From IMG/VR virus record IMGVR_UViG_3300027683_000020, positions 1-25,287 of that record: a stretch of 25,287 bases of DNA. One strand, written 5' to 3'. This DNA is from a virus. Taxonomy: Duplodnaviria; Caudoviricetes. The stretch's first letter is position 1, and the number at the start of each line of letters is the position of its first letter. This document shows, piece after piece, positions 10,901 through 18,046 of this stretch. The notes under the pieces are model-generated. The model had not been told where the DNA came from. It did not search any database and saw only the letters and a program-made list of their open reading frames with translations. The translations under genes and the position numbers were made by a program.

Positions 10901-11976
10901 ATATTCAACAAATTCAAGATGGTTCTTCATCAAAAGGACCATTCACAATAGCAGATCGTTTTGGTAATATAGCAGTTACCCACCCTAAAGATGGTATTGT
11001 TGTATCTCCTAACATTTCATATGTTAATGATGGAGTTACTGATAAAAAAGGACCAGTGTTTCCTATTAGTGAGAAATTTGGAGCTTTAGATGTTAAAGTC
11101 TCACCTAAAGGAGTTATGGTTCAAAAGATTAATGATGGAATTAGTAATAAAGAAATAGATAAAACTAAACAAGAAATTTGGGATAAGTACAAGGGAGAAA
11201 ATAAACGTGTTATACCTGGAAAGCCTGGGATTTATGCTTGGGATAGTATAAATGAAAAAATGTTCTTTATCAATGAAACAGTCAAATCTCCATCTCAGAT
11301 TACATTCGCTAATTCTGAAACTTTTCATAATTACGCTCGAGTTCCTGAACGTGAATTAATAGGTGTAAGAAGTGATATGGGGTTTGCTAATCCTGATAAA
11401 ATTAATCTTAACACATTAAAAAATCTTATCTATGAGGCTTTTGGAGCCTCAGAAGCAAATCCCGCTGGGGTTGGCCAAAAAGGAAATGAATCGACTTTAG
11501 ATTCAATTTTAGATCCTTTCCAACCTGATTTAATTAGGCAAACTATAAAAGGTTACTCTCCTTTATCTCCAACTAAAACTACTTACTTCCATACTCTTCC
11601 AAATAAAGAAGGATACAGACCACCAGATTTAATTAGTATTAGTCAATCAGTTAGTGAAGGTTTATCTTTAGAAGAAGCAACTATGCCTAAATTAGCTGAA
11701 GGAGGAGTAGTGTCTAAGCCAACTGTAGCTTTAATAGGTGAAGCAGGACCAGAGGCGGTTGTACCTCTTGACCAAATTGCCCAAGAATCCCCTCAAACTT
11801 CAACTACAATTGTTGAGTCAGATAATAGTGACCTTAAAAAAGAACTCCAAGAAATGAAGCAATTAATGGCGGGTTTGATATCTCAAATCCCATCTATAGC
11901 TAATCGCCCTATAACTGTAGAATTAAATGGAAATAAAGTTGGTCAAGCTTTAGGTCAAAATGCTTATAGAATGTAA
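4963..11976 (+). CDS. Tail tape measure protein (2337 aa)
   Basis: Long Lys/Glu/Ala coiled-coil N-terminus, LLNFEDSIAKEMEAELLIGRDLNLERAR core, Gly/Ala-rich hydrophobic stretches, Trp repeats with 11-aa spacing and C-terminal LAEGGVV..PTVALIGEAGPEAVVPL. Canonical position after the chaperones. Confidence 0.92.
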   Translation: MASEEQLNNQKEFNSALADAQEFIGLITSRTSDLVDAFRRLNNRSRDVTRDQSEALKILKSINTAARNLTSEYSSLKEITNKIKEAKKDQIKLDNTILSLEQKLEDSQKSRIEAFQKGQSEINKREQVYARLVEKSSKESVEAANQIISLRDEISKKQNAYSELEKNIDKKSYEEKKKKEAQLLAAKKLALDELNQAQTISNKKSRREAEESAARKLTALKEEEKILKNSYTAEEKRFDAAREVIKEKQNELQIKESLADQETNTLIAAQTKLNLSKDEFGQLSRNLSIQEKQYLQLLEAKGEHEKILKFLEEQEEKTAKTLKEQEEKQNRINKSLGLFNLTLGAASGLLEGLGLKGASIALGFEEGKKAAEEMARKIESGEESTGVLGKNIKVLGAGIAATFKGIASDIKKALSFTALVAGVSKLFGGLVRNIASMIGKGLKGAFNVLISPAKQVVSEIGGLFSEGIDYIKNSFFSVKGFMDSFKEGESLMKELSLATEKIATDLGVSTKEAQGLTNQVAKFSGEMGAFPEVLAANMVELNKAFGTTMEFSDATARSYNRLIERAGFATEEAAEFVKLSQLRGESVNDTLKGYEDEIMYLKAVNNSAVSQKEVLQEIAKASSATRLTFRGQGKNLAEAAFQAKSLGLEMSKLEDIGGSLLNFEDSIAKEMEAELLIGRDLNLERARQAALQGDSATLAKELAKNIGSAAEFGKKNVIQQEALAAAVGMTRDELAKTLETQELLAGTGLSDMNQAQAEYNKMLEETGDAEKAAAKFRQKYGNEALSQQVAKVAYAKQDELRQRQLVATQMEMAKAMLPVAQAFRRIQQIVQTLRKELIEKIQPFLKAFGGLVGQGGKSFEEMAKGPVGKLGEKLNDIGLKLVEFFKIHGPEIKKIFSQIFDVFGAIYSKVGEVIGELFSMEDANKGASGVLGGMSDILSGVVEYIKNIDAKKLAEDIKGFVEKIKGISDKVKETIDKVDKFIQNNPTLIKLLGGGALAITLSNKVAPELTKAVLGAGSSLLKMAGSKAVDLGKTLGNNISSKLGFGKIFGMTKSDKENLGTSASNPMYVEVTNAGDIGGGAGAAGEGLTDIVGKMGGRKAGVGGGFRGGVKGALSYARDAFKGGRAGKVGRARLIRAAKGLVTGKGPSFVGGAAKASKAASTAAQAGKAVSTAARVGKVASTGLKLAKGAAGGIGKVASTGLKLAKGAAGGIGSLLGGLALDYAANKKKNEAAEKRALAAQATTEEERQKLLKEARKADTTGKLASIGSSAATGAGIGATIGSVVPGVGNVIGGAVGGVIGGGIGVVKEYGDEIKKGLGDAFTSVSKKSSEVWSSVKTTGENVWGGITEKASGYWDTISGKATDSWNSVKAIGADTWNSITETANGAWEGIKGFGSGIWGSIKSEGESIWGGITSSADTAWEGIKGKGKEIWSSIKTKGKEIWGSIENIAKAPIDKIKSTFSNIFNLDSGIIGKTKDIFKNLLPDSVVSIMTSLGILEEEKKPTPPPKPQKVKDGSTVSNKGPFTISDKFGNIAITHPQDKLVVSPNISYVNDGISSPSRNQVFPVSEGFGKLDVKVSPKGVMVQKVKDGAIPSAPLSYQEVFGSTSATRVISSNVLRELGIPGVDDKNFKNQFSLIAQGNTNLIPSLSEMGKSKKLTLFTPSGTALAQDSFIVKYADGKTSQILDEGNIKFPQDSYRTQDLKEISASGNGLLALSRALNEVKPKEIEIGGGTTKTFYLPDRYNIGFKQERQSSAIKFDSGKINDLSEMSNSLNDALLYLAVNRQSIPLVEGIPTTMHNIKVGGERYEDQYNYAKNKYIPYTILGNTRNFIPKEMGYGNEALAASSLPPYDFSGVYEIVNKIENKVPQFKDIRTPEHGSIISLAQKAWKLIMDLFVPQYKDRALTFIEKYVSPSFYEKFKNNINPKIGSPILKFDGLFKDVKVLAGEGPPTANLQKTTSQYSEGLSERISDGVLLPKKKHIQQIQDGSSSKGPFTIADRFGNIAVTHPKDGIVVSPNISYVNDGVTDKKGPVFPISEKFGALDVKVSPKGVMVQKINDGISNKEIDKTKQEIWDKYKGENKRVIPGKPGIYAWDSINEKMFFINETVKSPSQITFANSETFHNYARVPERELIGVRSDMGFANPDKINLNTLKNLIYEAFGASEANPAGVGQKGNESTLDSILDPFQPDLIRQTIKGYSPLSPTKTTYFHTLPNKEGYRPPDLISISQSVSEGLSLEEATMPKLAEGGVVSKPTVALIGEAGPEAVVPLDQIAQESPQTSTTIVESDNSDLKKELQEMKQLMAGLISQIPSIANRPITVELNGNKVGQALGQNAYRM
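8491..8600 (+). repeat. 54-bp in-frame tandem duplication (GKVASTGLKLAKGAAGGI x2)
   Basis: Copies start at 8491 and 8545 and differ by one synonymous base (ACA/ACC). Confidence 0.95.
8947..9306 (+). repeat. Eleven 11-aa Trp-anchored tape measure repeats
   Basis: SSEVWSSVKTT GENVWGGITEK ASGYWDTISGK ATDSWNSVKAI GADTWNSITET ... GKEIWSSIKTK GKEIWGSIENI. Confidence 0.9.
9490..11139 (+). repeat. Dispersed duplication of an ~80-aa domain in the tape measure C-terminus (copies ~9490-9732 and ~10909-11139)
   Basis: KGPFTISDKFGNIAITHPQDKLVVSPNISYVNDG...LDVKVSPKGVMVQKVKDG versus KGPFTIADRFGNIAVTHPKDGIVVSPNISYVNDG...LDVKVSPKGVMVQKINDG. Confidence 0.92.
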
Positions 11977-11983
11977 CTTCAAT

Positions 11984-11992
11984 ATATTTATT
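11984..11992 (+). promoter_or_regulatory. ATATTTATT motif, putative late promoter
   Basis: Intergenic, just after the tape measure stop and upstream of the small ORF at 12036. Confidence 0.5.
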
Positions 11993-12035
11993 GTTGTTAA
12001 CAATATTAATTAATATTAACTAAAAACGTAAACAC

Positions 12036-12215
12036 ATGGCAAAATCACTTTTCCAGCTCTTACAAACCACTAACTTAGGGTTTAGAGGGCAAACCCCACC
12101 AGTTACTAATCCAAACCCACTTGGTCCTAACGGACAAAAGTGTTTAGATGTCTCTCTTTTAGATAGACTAAATGGCGGAACACCTCCTGGGTATTTAGAT
12201 TCACTTCCCCAATAA
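12036..12215 (+). CDS. Small Pro/Gly-rich hypothetical protein (59 aa), missing from the ORF track
   Basis: MAKSLFQLLQTTNLGFRGQTPPVTNPNPLGPNGQKCLDVSLLDRLNGGTPPGYLDSLPQ*. It has an A-rich start context, fills the gap and stops 9 nt before the next ATG. Confidence 0.75.
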   Translation: MAKSLFQLLQTTNLGFRGQTPPVTNPNPLGPNGQKCLDVSLLDRLNGGTPPGYLDSLPQ

Positions 12216-12224
12216 TTTAATTTT

Positions 12225-13865
12225 ATGGGTCTTATTGATTTAAAAACTAATTTAAGGACCCTTAAATATGGTAGGGATAGAATAGGGGGTACTAGTAGTA
12301 ATGAACCTTATATCAAAAAACAACTTACCCAAGACTATTCTTACACCCCAGGGAATGATGTTTATTTAGGAATTGATTCTATTGGTAGACAAGGTACATC
12401 TTTCGCCGCGGCAGAAGATGTATCTCGTCTTACCAAATTTTTTACTGATGGTAAAAGTGCTAGAGGTTCATTATTTACATTAAAACAAAAACTTTTATCA
12501 CTTAATGGTCCTCCAACTCCTTATGCTCCTACTAGAGGTACCTTTAGATACCAAAATTTAATTTTACAAGCCGGATCTTCAGGGACAGGTATTCATTATA
12601 ATTCATTAGGAGCTTTACCTGATAATCCTTTTATTACAAGTTATGAATTTTTAACTAAAAATGTTTATAACAGAGAAGGAAATAGATTAAATATTTTATA
12701 TAAAAGTAAAATACTCAAACAATCTCCTAAAGAATTAGGTGTAGTAGGGACAGGAGCTGCTTTTCTTTTTGGTATTGATTTAGCTATTAAAGATAATATT
12801 TTAACTTATGCTGGGGGTGCGAATAGCCCTATCACAACTATAAAAAGAGCTACCACCACTTCAGATTATACAGCTGGGAATGGTCAATATAAAAATATTT
12901 TTACTCTAACAGGAACTCAGATAAGTGAAAAAGGAGATTTAACTATTACATCAGCTGGGATAAGACGAAATACTGGTTTTAGTGATATTTCAAATTTTAT
13001 TCAAGAAATAAATGATAATACACCATCAACTCCTGAAAAGAGTAGAATTTTAGGTAGATTAACCAATTATACTTTCTTTAATCGAGTTAGTAAATATGGA
13101 GTAGGAGATCAAGGTAATGATGCTAATCTTGATAGACAAAATTACTACTCAGGAGCTCCTGTAAAAACTGATGGCGTTGATTTAATAAATTATAATACTT
13201 TATATTCAAGTAATGAAGTCAAAACTGGTTTAGGTTATGATGATATAATAAAGTTTTATATAGCGGTTTTAAATAATGATAATCCTGAAAAGAAAACCTT
13301 TATCCACTTTAGAGCTTACTTAAATGAGTTTTCAGATAATTATGGAGCTTCATGGGATTCTTTTAAATATATGGGAAGAGGAGAAGATTTTTATAAATAT
13401 AATGGATTTTCAAGAGACATATCTTTAAGTTTTGATATTCTTGTAGGGTCTCGAGCTGAGTTGTTTCCTATGTATGATAAGTTAAATTATTTAGCTTCTA
13501 TAATGGCTCCCGATTATTCTAAAAGTGGTTTTATGAGAGGAAATATAATTCAATTAACTGTTGGAGATTATATAAATAATGTTTATGGTGTATTAAGTGG
13601 AATTAATTATAATATATCCCAAGAATCATCATGGGAAATAGCTAAAAAAGATGATGGGGAGACAGATGAAAACACAGCTGAGTTGCCATTATTAATAAAT
13701 GTGGGTGGTTTCAGTTTTAAACCTATACACAATTTTGTTCCAAGTACTGTAAGCTCTACTTCAAATCCTTATAATACAGATAGATCAAGATTTATATCAT
13801 TAGGCCCTGAAGGAAAAGGATACTCTGGTAGAATAGCCACAGACGGAAATACTAGACTAAGCTAA
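12225..13865 (+). CDS. Putative baseplate / tail tube initiator protein (gp48/gp54-like tube-fold C-terminal domain)
   Basis: C-terminal FRAYLNEFSDNYGASWDSFKYMGRGEDFYKYNGFSRDISLSF...QLTVGDYI..VYGVLSGINY...WEI...LP looks tube-like. It sits between tape measure and LysM-like genes. Confidence 0.55.
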   Translation: MGLIDLKTNLRTLKYGRDRIGGTSSNEPYIKKQLTQDYSYTPGNDVYLGIDSIGRQGTSFAAAEDVSRLTKFFTDGKSARGSLFTLKQKLLSLNGPPTPYAPTRGTFRYQNLILQAGSSGTGIHYNSLGALPDNPFITSYEFLTKNVYNREGNRLNILYKSKILKQSPKELGVVGTGAAFLFGIDLAIKDNILTYAGGANSPITTIKRATTTSDYTAGNGQYKNIFTLTGTQISEKGDLTITSAGIRRNTGFSDISNFIQEINDNTPSTPEKSRILGRLTNYTFFNRVSKYGVGDQGNDANLDRQNYYSGAPVKTDGVDLINYNTLYSSNEVKTGLGYDDIIKFYIAVLNNDNPEKKTFIHFRAYLNEFSDNYGASWDSFKYMGRGEDFYKYNGFSRDISLSFDILVGSRAELFPMYDKLNYLASIMAPDYSKSGFMRGNIIQLTVGDYINNVYGVLSGINYNISQESSWEIAKKDDGETDENTAELPLLINVGGFSFKPIHNFVPSTVSSTSNPYNTDRSRFISLGPEGKGYSGRIATDGNTRLS

Positions 13866-13866
13866 C

Positions 13867-14184
13867 ATGAGACGTTACCAAGAAATATCAGAACTACAAA
13901 ATTCACCAGTTAGGCCTGGGAAAAGATATTTAGCTACAACTAAATATCCTGAAATAAAGCCATCAGTTAGTGATATATATGTTATAACACAACAAAATGA
14001 TAGGTATGATCTATTAGCTAACCAATATTATAATGATTCTTCTTTATGGTGGATAATATCTATAGCTAATGCTGATACTTTAATACAAAACTCTTTAATT
14101 CCTCCAGTTGGTGTTCAAATTAGAATACCAAGTGACATATCAAATATAATAAATAGTTATAACAAATTAAACCAAAATGGCTAA
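13867..14184 (+). CDS. Baseplate LysM-like protein (T4 gp53 / P2 gpX-like)
   Basis: YVITQQNDRYDLLANQYYNDSSLWWIISIAN...PPVGVQIRIP matches the LysM-type baseplate pattern. Confidence 0.8.
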   Translation: MRRYQEISELQNSPVRPGKRYLATTKYPEIKPSVSDIYVITQQNDRYDLLANQYYNDSSLWWIISIANADTLIQNSLIPPVGVQIRIPSDISNIINSYNKLNQNG

Positions 14185-16648
14185 TATAACTGGGGATCCA
14201 TTAAATGATTATATTTTAAAACAAATTGATATAAGACAAAAAGTTATAGGAAATAATCCTGAGGTTTTAACTTTAGATCAAAGAGTATTATATAATAACA
14301 ATAAAAATGCTTGGGTTAGATTAGCTTCTTCTGTTGATTTAATAGAGGGATCAGATGACTTAAGAAAAAATCTTAATTTACCTAATAATTCTGGAGATTT
14401 ATTAGCCAAAAATTTTGTTTTATTTGGTGGTATATATAGTATAGATAATTCCTATTCTAGATTAGGAGGAGTTGTTACTAACTCAGCTGAGAGGGATGAT
14501 ATATTTCAGACAGCTCAATATTCATACGGTTTGGGATCATCTGACTATGGATATGTACCTATGCCTGGGTTAGATTCTGTAAAAATAACTCATGTTAACA
14601 GAGGAGCTATTAGAAATTATGATATACAGTTAAAAACTCATAATAAAGATCAATTAGAAATAATAGAAGCTTTATATCTAAGAATAGGTTATTATATGTT
14701 ATTAGAATGGGGTCATACTAATTATCTTACTTCTGAAGGTAATTATGTACCCAATCCTGATTTTTTTACTGATGCTTTTAATAATTTTTTTGAAAAAGGA
14801 AAAAAAGATTCTGAGATAGAAAACCATATTAATTCTTATAGAAGAAGCTCAGGGGGAAATTATGATGGTGCTCTTATAAAAATTACTAATTTTTCTTGGG
14901 ATTTTAATGGAGATGGAAGTTATGATATAAGTTTAAAAGGAGTATCAAAAGGAGGTATAATAGATAGTTTAATTCTAGACGGACCTGTTACTTTAAATGA
15001 CACATTAACTAATGTAGTTGATTATAAAATTACAACTAAAACATCGGATGAAAAAACAGCTATCTTAAAAAAATTAGGTGTTAAAAAAGGAAAGGATGAT
15101 AATTTAGATGCTTTATATAATAAAACTATAGCTAATCAATTATCTTTGTCAGGAGGATATACTAAATTAATTGAAGCAGGAGCAGCTGTTAAAGTAGATT
15201 CTACTTCTATTAATCCTCCTACAACATTAGATGTTAAATCTGCCCTATCAGAAGCTAATGATAATAATACTACTGTTATTTTAGATCAAAATAAGTCTGT
15301 TTTTAACAAAGAATTATTTTTATTCAATCTACAGTTAAAAGATATTAAATGGGTGGTTAAAAACAAAATTAACTATAAAAAATCCACCTTAAATAATAGG
15401 GCTGAAGTTTTAATCAATCAAAATGTATCTTCCCTCTCAGAATTAATTTCTATAAAATTTACTAATCCTGAGAATGATAAAAATGCTTTTGAATTTAACT
15501 ATATAACATTAGGAGCTTTACTAGAGGTAATAAAACAGAAAATTCTTCCCCAAGCTAAAAATGGAGCTAATGCTATAGGTATAAGTAATGAGTATAATAA
15601 TAATTATATGTTTACTCATTTTTTTCAACATTCTACAGATCCTGAAGTGTGTTTAATTCCTTTTAATGATGGGGGTGATGTTTTAAAAGAGATTTTAAGT
15701 AATTCTTTTAGAGTTGAAGATAATTTCTATGCTGGGAGATTAATGGCTATTCATGTTAATCTTGAATTTATAGCTGAAACTTTAGCGGCTTCTTTTGATC
15801 CTGACACTAATAGTGCTAATTTATACACTTTTTTAGATAAATTAGTTTATGGCATTCAAAACGCTTTAGGTAATATAAATAATTTTATTGTAACATTTGA
15901 TGAAGAAAATGGTCTTCAAATCAAAGATGACACTATTATACCTGGTGTAGTACTTGATATTGATCAAATTAATGAGACTAAACTTAGATTATATGGAACT
16001 TTACCTAATATAGAAGGAAGTTTTGTTAAAAATGTTTCAATTCAATCTGAAATAACTAATAAGTTAGTAACTCAAATATCAATAGGATCAACTGCTAGTA
16101 ATAATTTATCTAATCCTAATGCTTCACTTTTAGCAAGATGGAATGAAGGTTTATTAGATAGAATACAATTTAATACTAATAATATTGATAATGTTTCTAA
16201 TGATGAGTTTAAAAAAGATTTAGTAAAACAATATAATGATTATAAAACTAAATTTATAACTCCTCTTTATACTAATTTTAAATATCCTGGTAAAGATGTT
16301 TTAACATCAGCTAATAGTACTCTTTCTTTATTATTAGAATATGATTTAGGTATTAAAACTATAAATGGTAATATTCCTGGAAAAGGATTTATTCCTGTAA
16401 ATCTTTCTATAGGATTAGATGGTATCTCTGGGATTTTACCCTACCAGAGATTGTTAGTGACTGATGAAATTTTACCTAAAAATTATGCTAATAAAATTGA
16501 TTTTATAATTCAAGGTATAGATAATACTATCTCAAATAATACTTGGACTACTACTTTAAATACTTTATCAGTACCTAAAAAGTCTGATAAAACTAAGAAT
16601 ATTCAATTTAAAGATAATAATGAATTTAGTCTAAGTCCAACAACTTAA
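14177..16648 (+). CDS. Putative baseplate hub protein (gp27 / late control D position)
   Basis: 823 aa overlapping the LysM-like gene by 8 nt. PMPGLDSVKI, LYLRIGYYMLLEWG, NFSWDFNGDGSYDI and C-terminal LSIGLDGISGI...FIIQGIDNTISNNTWTTTL fit a hub-like beta architecture. The call rests mainly on synteny. Confidence 0.55.
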   Translation: MANITGDPLNDYILKQIDIRQKVIGNNPEVLTLDQRVLYNNNKNAWVRLASSVDLIEGSDDLRKNLNLPNNSGDLLAKNFVLFGGIYSIDNSYSRLGGVVTNSAERDDIFQTAQYSYGLGSSDYGYVPMPGLDSVKITHVNRGAIRNYDIQLKTHNKDQLEIIEALYLRIGYYMLLEWGHTNYLTSEGNYVPNPDFFTDAFNNFFEKGKKDSEIENHINSYRRSSGGNYDGALIKITNFSWDFNGDGSYDISLKGVSKGGIIDSLILDGPVTLNDTLTNVVDYKITTKTSDEKTAILKKLGVKKGKDDNLDALYNKTIANQLSLSGGYTKLIEAGAAVKVDSTSINPPTTLDVKSALSEANDNNTTVILDQNKSVFNKELFLFNLQLKDIKWVVKNKINYKKSTLNNRAEVLINQNVSSLSELISIKFTNPENDKNAFEFNYITLGALLEVIKQKILPQAKNGANAIGISNEYNNNYMFTHFFQHSTDPEVCLIPFNDGGDVLKEILSNSFRVEDNFYAGRLMAIHVNLEFIAETLAASFDPDTNSANLYTFLDKLVYGIQNALGNINNFIVTFDEENGLQIKDDTIIPGVVLDIDQINETKLRLYGTLPNIEGSFVKNVSIQSEITNKLVTQISIGSTASNNLSNPNASLLARWNEGLLDRIQFNTNNIDNVSNDEFKKDLVKQYNDYKTKFITPLYTNFKYPGKDVLTSANSTLSLLLEYDLGIKTINGNIPGKGFIPVNLSIGLDGISGILPYQRLLVTDEILPKNYANKIDFIIQGIDNTISNNTWTTTLNTLSVPKKSDKTKNIQFKDNNEFSLSPTT

Positions 16649-16659
16649 AATTATTAATA

Positions 16660-17244
16660 ATGTATTATCCTAAAAGTCAAGTAAAAATTAATTTATTTAC
16701 TAAAGGTAGTCAACTAAGAGAAATATCTTCTCAAAAAGAATATATTGGGTATTATTGGAAGACCTCAAAGGGAGAATACTTCTCAGGACGTAATCCAAGT
16801 GATGGGACACCTGTTAGTTTAGAATTAATACCTGAAGTGGGTAAAAATAGTTTTAATGCTATAACTTTAAGTGAAGATAATAATTTATATAATAATCTTA
16901 AAGGAATTAATATTTCTCAAATTTTAATAGTACCTTCTTACCAAAAACCAATTCCAACTCAACAGGATTATGAAATAGGTAATTTTATAAGATATTTTGT
17001 TAAAAAAGTTAATGAAAATATATACACAGAAATTTCAAAAAATACTTTTGATAAATTAAGAAATAATGATCCTAATTATGCTTCTTTTTTATATAAAGTA
17101 TTTAATATAGTTTGGGTTATAAAAGGAGATAAAGATTTAGTATCCCAAACTAATGAAAAAATTGTTTCTACAACTGAAAGAAACTTAAGAATTGTAGGAC
17201 TAAAGTCCTACTTAAATAATAATTATTTAGAATTTTATAAATAA
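16660..17244 (+). CDS. Hypothetical protein, probably baseplate-associated (194 aa)
   Basis: Intact ORF closely following the hub-like gene (MYYPKSQ..., YIGYYW, PTQQDYEIGNFIRYFVKKVNE). No family recognised. Confidence 0.65.
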   Translation: MYYPKSQVKINLFTKGSQLREISSQKEYIGYYWKTSKGEYFSGRNPSDGTPVSLELIPEVGKNSFNAITLSEDNNLYNNLKGINISQILIVPSYQKPIPTQQDYEIGNFIRYFVKKVNENIYTEISKNTFDKLRNNDPNYASFLYKVFNIVWVIKGDKDLVSQTNEKIVSTTERNLRIVGLKSYLNNNYLEFYK

Positions 17245-17259
17245 ATATGGTATTTTTTA

Positions 17260-17268
17260 ATATTTATT
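17260..17268 (+). promoter_or_regulatory. ATATTTATT motif, putative late promoter
   Basis: Intergenic, 14 nt before the ATG at 17283. Confidence 0.55.
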
Positions 17269-17282
17269 ACTAAACCAATACT

Positions 17283-17807
17283 ATGGCTGAAGGGTTTAGA
17301 ATAGATTTAGGGTTCCCTAATTTATATGCTTCTTTATCTCTTGATTCAGCAGGGATAGCTGATGGAGTTGTTGTATATGATTCTTCAACCCAACAATTAT
17401 TTTATTCTAGCAGCTTTACAGGTGGGGGTGGTGGAAGTACTATAGATACTGGGTCATTTTTGATAAATGCCACAGCTACTGATAATAATATTACTTTTAC
17501 AAGAGGTAATGGTACTTCTTTTTTTATAACAGTTGATACAGGATCTGCCCCTAGCAATTATTGGAAATTAATAAATAATAACATAGTTAATAGTGGAAGT
17601 TTAGATGTTATTATATCATCTTCTTTAATTATAGTTCAAACTAGTAGTAATGATGATATTTTTATTATTAAAAAGCGAGGTGGTGATACTAGATTAAAAG
17701 TTAATAGTCAAGGTGTATTTACTTTAATGTCTACTAGTAGTTTTCCAACAGCTGTGACTGGTGGTATAATTTATAAAGATGATGAATATTACTTCGGTTT
17801 CCTATAA
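17283..17807 (+). CDS. Short fibre-like virion structural protein (174 aa)
   Basis: Poly-Gly linker and an ITFTRGNGTSFFITVDTGS module shared with the 22751 fibre. The ending TGGIIYKDDEYYFG resembles the C-terminus of the 20461 protein. Confidence 0.6.
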   Translation: MAEGFRIDLGFPNLYASLSLDSAGIADGVVVYDSSTQQLFYSSSFTGGGGGSTIDTGSFLINATATDNNITFTRGNGTSFFITVDTGSAPSNYWKLINNNIVNSGSLDVIISSSLIIVQTSSNDDIFIIKKRGGDTRLKVNSQGVFTLMSTSSFPTAVTGGIIYKDDEYYFGFL

Positions 17808-17815
17808 TATTTATA
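17807..17815 (+). promoter_or_regulatory. ATATTTATA motif, putative late promoter
   Basis: Overlaps the preceding stop codon and lies 17 nt before the ATG at 17833. Confidence 0.55.
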
Positions 17816-17832
17816 ATAAAATACTAAGTTTC

Positions 17833-18042
17833 ATGTCAACATTTCAAGAAATTAAACAAGCCGCGAAAGAATCAGCTCAAGAATCTTTAACTCAAGAAAT
17901 TAAAGTTCCACAATTAGAAATTGAAGAAGCTAAATATCTTTTAGCTTTAGTAGCTCGTTCTGATTTTAAAGGTCAAGATGTTCAAATTGTTTATAACATA
18001 GCTTTAAAATTACAAGAGACTGTAAAAACTTTAAATAACTAA
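17833..18042 (+). CDS. Small helical protein (69 aa), putative fibre chaperone/adaptor; start revised from 17779
   Basis: The ATG at 17833 removes the overlap with the previous gene and follows the promoter-like motif. Similar to the ORF at 22512. Confidence 0.7.
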   Translation: MSTFQEIKQAAKESAQESLTQEIKVPQLEIEEAKYLLALVARSDFKGQDVQIVYNIALKLQETVKTLNN

Positions 18043-18046
18043 TTAA

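Noticed and set aside
1082-16648. Bacterial extracellular contractile injection system or tailocin rather than phage
   Set aside because: The very long tape measure, multiple large fibres, phage-like promoter motif and absence of an Afp15-like ATPase or host genes favour a phage. It cannot be fully excluded because no capsid genes are in the window.
17779-17832. Longer start for the 87-aa ORF
   Set aside because: It overlaps the upstream gene and spans the promoter-like motif. The ATG at 17833 fits better.
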